A stretch of 37,187 nt of DNA from Promethearchaeota archaeon (lineage in GTDB: Archaea; Asgardarchaeota; Lokiarchaeia; Sigyniarchaeales; SOKP01), in the NCBI GenBank assembly GCA_016839765.1, contig JAEOTP010000051.1, forward strand, positions 1-37,187. Direction: 5' to 3'. Made by a program: the position numbers and the translations under genes. The notes under the pieces were generated by a model. The model had not been told where the DNA came from, did not search any database, and worked only from the letters and a program-made list of their open reading frames with translations. Every line of letters begins with the position of its first letter. Within the stretch, counting starts at the first letter, position 1. This document shows, piece by piece, positions 19,167 through 27,738 of this stretch.

Positions 19167-19445
19167 ATGAGTGAAGACCAGAAAAACAAAGTGCATCCTA
19201 TTGTCGAGAGGGCACTGGAAATGGCGTATAAAGGAGTAGAACCTGTAGAATTCGATGACTATGCCGTTGAGCAACTGCAAGACCTGCTTAGGGAACGTTT
19301 TGGAAAACCTGATCTACTAAAAGCCGTCGTAGATCTAATCAACTTAGCTGGAGTACTTGAACAACAAGGATGTCGTTCAGCATCATTGAAACTTATGATT
19401 GTTGTGACTATTGCGGCGGATGCTCTAAAAGATCTGAAGAGATAG
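19167..19445 (+). CDS. Hypothetical helical protein
   Basis: 92-aa ORF, more GC-rich than its flanks, protein-like composition. Confidence 0.7.
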   Translation: MSEDQKNKVHPIVERALEMAYKGVEPVEFDDYAVEQLQDLLRERFGKPDLLKAVVDLINLAGVLEQQGCRSASLKLMIVVTIAADALKDLKR

Positions 19446-19492
19446 ATAAAGAGCTAAATTATCAATTTTTAATTTTAAAATTAAGGATTAAA

Positions 19493-19511
19493 TCTTTTTG
19501 GATAAAACTAG
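19493..19511 (+). repeat. 19-bp direct repeat, copy 1 (TCTTTTTGGATAAAACTAG)
   Basis: Identical to 20900-20918. Confidence 0.8.
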
Positions 19512-19558
19512 GTAAAGAGTTTAATTACAAACGGAATCTCTTATTAAGGTCAGATAAT

Positions 19559-19678
19559 ATGTTTCTTTTGATAAATGATTTTCGTTTTTATAAGGAATAT
19601 ACCACTCCTAAAGGCTGGCCTCCTGATGATCTGGAAGAGTATAAGCATTATATTAAAAAAAAACCTTTAAAAAAATAA
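19559..19678 (+). CDS. Possible 39-aa small ORF or gene remnant
   Basis: MFLLINDFRFYKEYTTPKGWPPDDLEEYKHYIKKKPLKK; only the 3' part of the 19370 ORF looks coding. Confidence 0.3.
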   Translation: MFLLINDFRFYKEYTTPKGWPPDDLEEYKHYIKKKPLKK

Positions 19679-19745
19679 CATCTCATATTCGGTTAAACAT
19701 GGAGAAAAATAAAAAACAAAAATAATTTTAAATTTTTTTATATCT

Positions 19746-20675
19746 TTAATGCCTTTTCTTTAAGTAGACAACTGTAATTGCTAAAATTCCAATGGCAGAT
19801 ACTGATGCAATAGCTACTGTGCCTAGCACTACAGATGTCGTTTCCTCAGGAACTAATAAAGTCCAAGTTGATAAAACGCTTGTTTCAGCAGTGAGATAGC
19901 CATCGTGATTTATTGTTGGGACAGTCACCCATTCTTCATTTTCATTGTCATAATAAGCCCATTGACCTAGTCGGTTCTGATTAGTTTCTCTGATTCTTAA
20001 TCTTGCTTTTAGAAAGGTTCCATTATAAGGACATTCGGAATCGCATTTACATTCCGGATTACACTTACATTGGCAGTCACATTCGCAATTACATACAGGA
20101 TCACATTTACATTGGCAATCACATACACAAGAACATTCCGATTCACAATTGCAATCACAATCACAAGGGCATGTACATTCAGGATCACATTTGCATTCAC
20201 AATCGCACACACACTTACAATCAGGGTCGCATTTACATTCGCAATTACAATTTGCAGTAGATTTCATCGCAATACAAACCCCTTCTAAATACCGATACGT
20301 ATTTCTATTCCTCAACCTATGCAGACTTCCATTCATTAAACCGAGCTGAGCTTCCTCCCTAGTACATGTCATAGTCATTCTAAGGTCACCGTCTCCTTCG
20401 ACTTCAATAATGACGTCTTTATCTCCAATTCTTAAGGCTTCACAATTAATATCTAACTCTAAACCAATATTTGCACAAATTGTTAATCTTGTTCTTTCGC
20501 GAAAACGAAACATGGTTCGAACATTGCTTTGCAATTGTGTCTGAATTGCGTCACCCTCAACGTCGATTGTTTGATCAGGTGTTTCAACTGCGGTCACGCT
20601 AACAGAACCAATTAATGAAAGCAGAATCATTATCGTGAAAGCACTTAACAATACCTTATTAAAATTTTTTTTCAT
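19746..20675 (-). CDS. Secreted, C-terminally anchored surface protein with poly-Cys tandem-repeat segment
   Basis: Signal peptide; 73-aa segment with 31 Cys; C-terminal TM followed by KKRH. Confidence 0.88.
   Translation of the reverse strand: MKKNFNKVLLSAFTIMILLSLIGSVSVTAVETPDQTIDVEGDAIQTQLQSNVRTMFRFRERTRLTICANIGLELDINCEALRIGDKDVIIEVEGDGDLRMTMTCTREEAQLGLMNGSLHRLRNRNTYRYLEGVCIAMKSTANCNCECKCDPDCKCVCDCECKCDPECTCPCDCDCNCESECSCVCDCQCKCDPVCNCECDCQCKCNPECKCDSECPYNGTFLKARLRIRETNQNRLGQWAYYDNENEEWVTVPTINHDGYLTAETSVLSTWTLLVPEETTSVVLGTVAIASVSAIGILAITVVYLKKRH
20031..20249 (-). repeat. Intragenic degenerate 42-nt (14-aa) tandem repeat, CxCxCxCxCxC(D/E/N)(P/S)x
   Basis: CNCECKCDPD / CKCVCDCECKCDPE / CTCPCDCDCNCESE / CSCVCDCQCKCDPV / CNCECDCQCKCNPE / CKCDSEC. 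Confidence 0.92.
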
Positions 20676-20899
20676 TAAATACCACCAAAATTTGAATCAA
20701 TTGATAATTAGAATTTCTTATAAAAAGGATTAAGGTATAATGTTTCCCAATAAAACAAAATTATACTAATCTGTCATATTACAAAATTAACATTTTTTAA
20801 AAAAAGAACTCTAATTTTAAGTAAAACTTTTTTTTAAAAAGAAGCCTTATTCTCTATCAAAGAATTTATAAAATAGTCCAATTCTTTCTGCTTTTATTT

Positions 20900-20918
20900 T
20901 CTTTTTGGATAAAACTAG
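20900..20918 (+). repeat. 19-bp direct repeat, copy 2
   Basis: Identical to 19493-19511. Confidence 0.8.
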
Positions 20919-20931
20919 CTTTATACGGTTC

Positions 20932-21336
20932 TTAGGTTTTAAATTTAAAAATTGAATAAGTTCCATTGGCTTTCGCGACAAGCGTTTCACCATTCATAAT
21001 CTCTGATTCAAGAACACCAATCGTTTTTCCTTTATGAATTACCTTAGTATCACATATAACCATTCCTTCCCTTACAGGTTTAAAATAACTTATTTTAATT
21101 TCAACAGTCGCACACTGCTCATCTTTTTCTAATAAAGAATATAATGCAGCTCCCATACCCGTATCTGCCATTGAATATAAAACACCTCCATGCACCACAT
21201 TATGAGGATTAAAATGGTTCTCATTTATCTGTAGAACACATTGGGAATATCCCGTTTCAAATTTTGTAAATTCAAAACCGATTAAATCGCCAAATTTATG
21301 AAAACCTTTCATTTTAAGCGGAAACGGTTTAGGCAT
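20932..21336 (-). CDS. PaaI-family (hotdog fold) thioesterase
   Basis: NPHNVVHGGVLYSMADTGMG, TVEIKISYFKPV. Confidence 0.92.
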   Translation of the reverse strand: MPKPFPLKMKGFHKFGDLIGFEFTKFETGYSQCVLQINENHFNPHNVVHGGVLYSMADTGMGAALYSLLEKDEQCATVEIKISYFKPVREGMVICDTKVIHKGKTIGVLESEIMNGETLVAKANGTYSIFKFKT

Positions 21337-21450
21337 AATTTTTCAATAATTTTTTTAGTTATAAACATTCTTATTAAGCTTAATTTTTTTATATTACTTT
21401 CTCAATTTTTTATTTCTTACTGAAAAAACTAATATATATATAAATTAATA

Positions 21451-22074
21451 ATGGGAATATATATGATTGAATGGATAAATTTAAGTTTATTATTAATGAG
21501 CTTATTTCTTTTTAGTTATTTTTATACTTTAAGTGTCCAACCAGTTAAGAGGGAAAAATTGAAGGGTGAGCGAGCATGGAAGGAATGTATGAGATTGCGT
21601 ATATTTGCAAGTATATTTGAGTTTATTATAGTAATAACCCTGATATTGTGGATTTGGTTCCCTCTTCCTTTAATTAATTGGAAAGTTCATCTCAATTATG
21701 TGTTTGGTTTAATTATTGGCATTGTAATCAGTTTTCCATGTTTAGCAATTCTATTGAAGGGAGTGAGAGACGCCGGTTCAGAAACACTTCAGCCATCAAA
21801 AGAGACAGAAATATATGGTGGAATATATAATTATGTCCGACATCCTCAGTCTCTTGGAGAATTCCCATTATTTATAGCGATAGCATTTATGGTAAATTCA
21901 TGGTTTCTTGTACTTCTGATGGTTATTTATATCATAGTATATGTTCCTATTATGATTTATTATGAGGAACAGGATCTCATTAGAAGGTTTGGTGAAAAAT
22001 ATCGGGAATATCAGAAAAGAACAAGAGCTTTTTTTCCAAAAATTAGAAAAAAAATAAATAAATCAAAAATTTAG
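21451..22074 (+). CDS. Isoprenylcysteine carboxyl methyltransferase/PEMT-family membrane methyltransferase
   Basis: GGIYNYVRHPQSLGE, EEQDLIRRFGEKYREY. Confidence 0.88.
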   Translation: MGIYMIEWINLSLLLMSLFLFSYFYTLSVQPVKREKLKGERAWKECMRLRIFASIFEFIIVITLILWIWFPLPLINWKVHLNYVFGLIIGIVISFPCLAILLKGVRDAGSETLQPSKETEIYGGIYNYVRHPQSLGEFPLFIAIAFMVNSWFLVLLMVIYIIVYVPIMIYYEEQDLIRRFGEKYREYQKRTRAFFPKIRKKINKSKI

Positions 22075-22149
22075 CTTTTACTAAAAGCTCAAGAACAATT
22101 ATATAGGTTGTTATGCATTATATTGTTAATCTAATCTAATTTATCTAAA

Positions 22150-23229
22150 ATGGTAAAAATGAGGAAGAAATATTTATTACTTTTAGGTAGTATAGCGATT
22201 TTAGCTATAATAGTACCAGTGTTTTCTCTATCAATCTCACCTTTAGTTGTTAATGAAACAAGCAGAAAATTTAAATCCTCGGCATCAACAGAACTTAATG
22301 ATATAGTAATAATTGACGATTTACCTGGAAGCATGACTAATTGGACTTGGGCTAAGGATCAGGGATATTGTACGGGAAATGGTACAATAGTTGATCCTTA
22401 TATCATCTCAGATTTCTTCTATAATACATCAACCTATAGCTATAATTGTTTAACTATAATAAATTCACGTAAATACTTCATAATAGAGGATTGTTTATTT
22501 AAAGGAGACTTTAATTTTGCTGGAGTTAGATTAGATAACACAACAAATGGATTAATACGGTTAAATAGACTTTATCCTCTCACAGGCGCATTGTTATGGA
22601 TTTATAATTCAAGTCTAAATGAAGTTTATAGGAATAATGCTTCAGCTGGATTTTTCTACGGTATTTTAATAGATGGAAATCTAGGTCTTTGTTCTTCGAA
22701 TATTATCTCTACTAATCTTGTATCTTTTAATTGGGACACTGGAATACAAGTAAGAGGTTATACTCTTTTCAACCAAATTATTGCCAACACTGTGAATAAT
22801 AATACTAAGGGTATTGAAATATATAGTTCATCTGATAATAATACTATTCATAGCAATATAATTAGGGATAATACAAATTTTGGAGTAGGGATATCTTCTG
22901 ATTATAATACGATTTATCGAAATTGTTTCATTAATAATGGGTTGCATGCGTATGATGATGGAGTTAATAATGCGTGGGATTATTTAGGACAGGGAAATTA
23001 CTGGGATAATTATACAGGAGTAGATGCGAATAATAATGGAATTGGCGATATTCCTTATAATATAACTGGGATTGCAGGAAGCCAAGATAACTTTCCCTTG
23101 ATGAGCTGTCCAATAATCACTGAGGAGGCAATTCCTGGATATGATTTACTTATCATATATTTAACAGGAATTACAATGACAATGGGAGTAATCTATATAA
23201 AACTAAAGAAAAAAATAAATGTAAAATAG
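22150..23229 (+). CDS. NosD/parallel beta-helix surface protein with Loki-CTERM-like sorting tail
   Basis: Signal peptide, GNGTIVDPYII, Asn-ladder repeats, GNYWDNYTGVDANNNGIGDIPY, C-terminal IPGY-TM-KLKKK. Confidence 0.88.
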   Translation: MVKMRKKYLLLLGSIAILAIIVPVFSLSISPLVVNETSRKFKSSASTELNDIVIIDDLPGSMTNWTWAKDQGYCTGNGTIVDPYIISDFFYNTSTYSYNCLTIINSRKYFIIEDCLFKGDFNFAGVRLDNTTNGLIRLNRLYPLTGALLWIYNSSLNEVYRNNASAGFFYGILIDGNLGLCSSNIISTNLVSFNWDTGIQVRGYTLFNQIIANTVNNNTKGIEIYSSSDNNTIHSNIIRDNTNFGVGISSDYNTIYRNCFINNGLHAYDDGVNNAWDYLGQGNYWDNYTGVDANNNGIGDIPYNITGIAGSQDNFPLMSCPIITEEAIPGYDLLIIYLTGITMTMGVIYIKLKKKINVK

Positions 23230-23432
23230 GGGGATTTCCTCCAAATTTTATTTAAATTTTGTTTTTTTTTAATAAAATTTTATTTCTGCTTATCCAAAAG
23301 AAGTGGATCAAATAATATGAGGAATTGAATGATATGTTAAGAATGTTTGACGCGATGAAGATAAGATTACAAAATAATAAATTTCCATATAATCTTTGAA
23401 ATGAGAAAAAAAAAAGTTATATTGCCAGTATT

Positions 23433-24329
23433 TTACGGATTCCATTGAACCTTCACAGGATTTCGCGGAGGAGCTCTTAAATATTGAACTTCGGGAAAGC
23501 CAACTATTAAAACCCCTGTTACTTCCATATTTTTTGGAATTTTTAACCACTTATTATTAGCTTTATATCTTCTTAATGCTTCATGAGAAAATCCAATCCA
23601 ACATGTTCCTAATCCTCGAGCTTGAGCTGCAAACATACCATGAGTTAATGCAATAGCAGAATCTAAACATGTAGTTGGTCCCATACTTGGAGAATAAGTT
23701 ATTATTATTGCGGGAGCTGAATGAAAAATAACATCTTGTCTCTCTTCAAATTGTTTAATCATATCATCCATACCTGCTTTAATGGATGGATCTAATAAGA
23801 TTTCTTTAACATTTTTAGGTAAGAACAACTTCAAGAAGAAACTATACTTCATTATTTTTCTGTAAAAATTTATTAATTTTATGGCTTCATATTTAAGCTT
23901 TTCAATTTTTTCTGGCTCAGTGATAACAATGTAGTAGACTTGTTGCATATTATGAGACGTAGGAGCATAACGCATTGCTTCTAGTATTGCTTTAATTTCC
24001 TTCTTTGGTATCATTTTATTTTTAAAATGTCTTATCGAACGTCTTGCTCGAATAATTTTTACTAAAGTTTCATAATTTACTATCGATGCTGGGTTATTTA
24101 CATATTCGAACTCATATGTTGATTCGATATTTTCATATTCAATCGCATTTGAAGGACAAACAGATACACAATGCCCACAAGAGATACACCAATTATAGAC
24201 ATCATTAAACTCAATTGTTTTTATTCCTGTATTAACATCAGTTGAATTTTTATAACAACTTGCTGGACAATAATTTACACAATTAAGACATTTTGAACAC
24301 TTATCTTGATCTACTCCAATAATCTTCAT
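23433..24329 (-). CDS. Nitroreductase with N-terminal 2x[4Fe-4S] ferredoxin domain
   Basis: CSKCLNCVNYCP, CISCGHCVSVCP, RRSIRHF, YAPTSHNMQ, GLGTCWIG. Confidence 0.93.
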   Translation of the reverse strand: MKIIGVDQDKCSKCLNCVNYCPASCYKNSTDVNTGIKTIEFNDVYNWCISCGHCVSVCPSNAIEYENIESTYEFEYVNNPASIVNYETLVKIIRARRSIRHFKNKMIPKKEIKAILEAMRYAPTSHNMQQVYYIVITEPEKIEKLKYEAIKLINFYRKIMKYSFFLKLFLPKNVKEILLDPSIKAGMDDMIKQFEERQDVIFHSAPAIIITYSPSMGPTTCLDSAIALTHGMFAAQARGLGTCWIGFSHEALRRYKANNKWLKIPKNMEVTGVLIVGFPEVQYLRAPPRNPVKVQWNP

Positions 24330-24379
24330 TAGCTTTTTCCTTTACAATTTTGATGTTTAGTATTAAGTAAATAAATTTC

Positions 24380-24442
24380 GGAACAATGTTCCACAAAAAT
24401 ATAAAGTTGATATTGATATATAAAGTTTATGAACGATGTTCC
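24380..24442. promoter_or_regulatory. Two TetR-type operators, (G/T)GAAC-N3-GTTCC
   Basis: GGAACAATGTTCC at 24380-24392 and TGAACGATGTTCC at 24430-24442, between the divergent nitroreductase and TetR genes. Confidence 0.7.
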
Positions 24443-24454
24443 GTTACTATATAT

Positions 24455-25063
24455 ATGGAAGAAGAAAAAAAATTCACACGAGATAAGGACGAGAAAATTA
24501 GACTCATTTTTCAGACTTTTGCAGATTTAGTTAATGAAAAGGGATATGAAAACATAAGTATAAGAGATATTACAACTAGAGCTGAGATAGGCATTGGTAC
24601 GGTTTATCGCTACTTTCCTAAAGGTAAGCCCTCAATTGTAAGTGGGTTTTTTGAACATGCAAAAGAAAAGATCCTTGATATTAATGCTATTAAAAAAATT
24701 GGAGATAAAAATTTATCAGCAATATTTGATCTTTATATTAGAAATCATCTAAAAACTCATCGTGAAAATTTTGAGATTCATCGAGCTTATGAGCAAGCTA
24801 TATTAGCCAATAAAGAACTATTTTCAAATGTTAAAAATTCTGTAGATGATATGTTCAAAGATATAGTAGATACATATAAAAAAGAAAATATCTTTCGTGG
24901 GGTGCCAGACGATCTTTTACTAAAAAATAATATTTTATTCTTTAATCTTATAGAAGCAATCATTCATCGCCATCTTTTTATCATACCTTTTTTTGAGACA
25001 GATGAAGAATTGGTAGAATTTATCAAAATATTAATTATGTGTATTATTAAAACTCAAGTATAA
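24455..25063 (+). CDS. TetR/AcrR-family regulator (likely start ATG 24455)
   Basis: KGYENISIRDITTRAEIGIGTVYRYFPKGK; the upstream ATG at 24386 falls inside an operator. Confidence 0.92.
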   Translation: MEEEKKFTRDKDEKIRLIFQTFADLVNEKGYENISIRDITTRAEIGIGTVYRYFPKGKPSIVSGFFEHAKEKILDINAIKKIGDKNLSAIFDLYIRNHLKTHRENFEIHRAYEQAILANKELFSNVKNSVDDMFKDIVDTYKKENIFRGVPDDLLLKNNILFFNLIEAIIHRHLFIIPFFETDEELVEFIKILIMCIIKTQV

Positions 25064-25073
25064 AATAATATTT

Positions 25074-25931
25074 TTAACTCAAAATTTTATTAAATTCACT
25101 TCCTATTATACCGGGATTTTCTCCAAGATATGAGTGGGGATTACAAAATAACAAATAAAAGTAAGGTTCAAACAAACCATCAATGCTCGGTCCTACGTCT
25201 GATTTGTATATATAAACCCACAATTGCTCGTTGGCATAATTAGCTTGTCGGTAAATCCAGTTTAAAGGAGAAATTTCAGGGATATTTCTAATACTTCTTA
25301 AAATTTCATGTACATCATCCAAATTATACTTTTTACTTAGTACGATAATTGGTGAGAGATCAAATGAGGTAATACATATTCCATTTAGACCATAATTTTT
25401 TAAATGTATTAAAAAATCGTTTCCCACACGATTAATTTTACTTTTGTGATGTTTCACACGATTCCTTGCTTCAGCATCACTTAAAATATCAATTATTATC
25501 TGCTCTTCAGCAGGTAAAATTTCCATAGATGAACTCAGAGGGATTTTATCGGTGATGATGGATTTGTAAATTAAATTAATTTTTTCGAAAACGGATTTAT
25601 GAAATAAATATCTTTCTGTTTGAGCAGTAATTAATACATTTCCACTATATTTAGATTCTCTTTTTTCCATATTAATTTCATTACTAGAATCAAATTCAAG
25701 GAGCTTAATATTCTTATTCATACTGTGTGCGAATTTAAATAATGCAGAAACTAATCCTGCATGCAACTCAAATGAATTAGCGTGATCAAAATTATCTTCA
25801 TGCTCAATAGCTTCTTTTGAGAAATCAAAAAACCTTAGATACAATTTAATTCCTTTTGGTAAATCTTTCAAAACTAAATGGTAATATGGAAATCCGTAGC
25901 TGCTTATAACTGAAAACTTGTAAATCGTCAC
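25074..25931 (-). CDS. Hypothetical protein with longin-like N-terminal and roadblock/profilin-like C-terminal domain
   Basis: IYKFSVISSYGFPYY beta-hairpin, LHAGLVSALFKFAHSM helix; second unit GLNGICITSFDLSPIIV. Confidence 0.6.
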   Translation of the reverse strand: MTIYKFSVISSYGFPYYHLVLKDLPKGIKLYLRFFDFSKEAIEHEDNFDHANSFELHAGLVSALFKFAHSMNKNIKLLEFDSSNEINMEKRESKYSGNVLITAQTERYLFHKSVFEKINLIYKSIITDKIPLSSSMEILPAEEQIIIDILSDAEARNRVKHHKSKINRVGNDFLIHLKNYGLNGICITSFDLSPIIVLSKKYNLDDVHEILRSIRNIPEISPLNWIYRQANYANEQLWVYIYKSDVGPSIDGLFEPYFYLLFCNPHSYLGENPGIIGSEFNKILS

Positions 25932-26013
25932 TTTTCTAGATAAATCCTACATTAATTAACTTTTTTTGACCAATTTTAATATATAACTTTAGTTTTATAA
26001 AATTTCGTGGATA

Positions 26014-26661
26014 TTATTTTTTTTCTTGAAGGTTTAAAATTTCTTTTAATTCAATAAGGTTTCTGATATTAAAATCAGCTAGCTCGTAGATTTTGCCTTT
26101 AGGGCTGAAATAACAAGACTTAATACTAATTGCATGTGCCGTTTGGATGTCAATCATCCTATCACCAACTGAAATTACTTTCTCTTTCGGTATTTGAAAT
26201 TCATTAATTAGATATAAAAAAGATGCGGGGTTTGGCTTACTCGGGAAGCCATCTTTATTTGTAATAACTTTTTTGAAAAGATATTCCATATTGTAGTAGT
26301 GTAATAATTTAAATAAAGTGATGGATCCACGATGAGTGACAATGAAATTTTTACCGCCCCTTTTTTGAATATCTGTGAGAATTTCTTTTGCTCCTGGAAA
26401 GGGAGGTTGCTGAGATTCTAGATTTACCAAATACTTTTTACTGAATAAATCCTGAAATTCTAATTTATTTATATTGAAATCTGAAATAATTTTATCAAAA
26501 CAAAATTTCAGACTTGTTTCACACCATTCTTGAACCTGATTCATATTCAAATGTATGTTAAATTTAATTTTCATGATTTCTGTTATTACTGAAGCTAGAT
26601 GTGGATAGGTATTAAATAATGTGCCGTCAAAATCCCAAATGATATATTTAAAGTTATGCAT
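26014..26661 (-). CDS. HAD-superfamily hydrolase (subfamily IA)
   Basis: WDFDGTL, IVTH, SKPNP, VGDRMID. Confidence 0.92.
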   Translation of the reverse strand: MHNFKYIIWDFDGTLFNTYPHLASVITEIMKIKFNIHLNMNQVQEWCETSLKFCFDKIISDFNINKLEFQDLFSKKYLVNLESQQPPFPGAKEILTDIQKRGGKNFIVTHRGSITLFKLLHYYNMEYLFKKVITNKDGFPSKPNPASFLYLINEFQIPKEKVISVGDRMIDIQTAHAISIKSCYFSPKGKIYELADFNIRNLIELKEILNLQEKK

Positions 26662-26713
26662 AGCACCATCTTGTAATTTTTTTTTAATCCAGAACGACGT
26701 AGAAGAATTGATT

Positions 26714-27220
26714 CTATTTTTCCCATAGCTGAAGCATAAGATTAAAGATGAGTTTCTTTTCGCTATTTTCTACCATAGCAGGATACCAATTAAGGTGTTC
26801 TTCAAAACCTAATTCATAACCAAATTCTCCTTTTATTTCACCTATAAATTCATATTCACTTTCATCGACCCATTTCCATAAATTAGCCCAAGTTTCTCCT
26901 ATTTGCTCTACCCCCTCACATCTGGATACGGCATAAAGACCTCCAGGTATAATACGAACGGATATATCTTCATCAATTGAAATATTGGGAGTAAATGTTA
27001 TAAAATAGCCATAGCCATGGGGCTCTGGGTTCTTTGTTGGATATGTATTTCTTCCAAAGATGCGTGCGTTGGAATCTTTCTTTAATAACTCCTTTTCTTT
27101 CGCCCAAGATTCTGCCTTTTTCCACGAATCATATTCTGGCGCCTCTGAGAGTGCATGGAAATATGCAGCACGCATAGATTTGATCCTCTCAAGCGTAATT
27201 TTTTCCTTCATAAAAATCAT
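26714..27220 (-). CDS. GyrI-like small-molecule-binding protein
   Basis: RIFGRN, IPGGLYAV, IGETWANLWKWV. Confidence 0.82.
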   Translation of the reverse strand: MIFMKEKITLERIKSMRAAYFHALSEAPEYDSWKKAESWAKEKELLKKDSNARIFGRNTYPTKNPEPHGYGYFITFTPNISIDEDISVRIIPGGLYAVSRCEGVEQIGETWANLWKWVDESEYEFIGEIKGEFGYELGFEEHLNWYPAMVENSEKKLIFNLMLQLWEK

Positions 27221-27738
27221 TTTTTAAATACTGTATTAAAGATATTACAGAATTTAATTAAAATTTGAGGAATACCAGATTTTTTCTCAAAACATTGCTG
27301 ATACAATAAAACAGATTAATATGGAGAGTAATACTTTTTTCAGAAATTTATCCCCAAAACATGACAAATTTTCATTATTTATTAAGAAAACATTGATGGT
27401 GTTTGTAGATTCCATAGAAATTAAATTTAGAACATCTTATACTTCAGAAATTTACCATTTTCTAGCACCAAAAAAACATGATTATATCGGGATAATTATA
27501 AAAATTACATTCATATTTGAAGGAGGTAATGCTGAATGAATAGGTGAAAAAATTAGAAAAAGTATTTCTAAATAAATATTACTATAGTCAGCTTTTTCTG
27601 GTTTACTTTCTTTTTCCTTAAGATATATTTATCTTATATGATGAAACATTTTCTACTAACATTTTGGACAATCAGAGCAGGCCTCCCTAGCTTAAGATTA
27701 TAAATTTATAGGTTTTAAATAAAGCTTAGCACTTTTAT

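Noticed and set aside
19370-19558. 5' part of the 102-aa ORF with CCDYCGGC
   Set aside because: Off-frame overlap with the end of 19167-19445 and runs through AT-rich intergenic DNA
20003-20349. His/Thr/Ile-rich ORFs 20003-20260, 20009-20212, 20070-20288, 20149-20349
   Set aside because: Antisense or off-frame shadows of the TGT/TGC Cys repeat in 19746-20675
21451-22074. ICMT-family enzyme as a Rab prenyl-cysteine methylase
   Set aside because: Neither GTPase has a CAAX/CC/CXC tail, and this family is widespread in prokaryotes with other substrates
22073-22089. Inverted repeat AGCTTTTA-C-TAAAAGCT
   Set aside because: Single AT-rich occurrence overlapping a stop codon; cannot tell operator from chance
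27258-27575. ORF 27321-27539 and possible TGA (Sec) read-through to 27575
   Set aside because: No recognisable domain, no redox-motif context around the TGA, no SECIS-like hairpin recognised; may be a decayed gene but is unsupported
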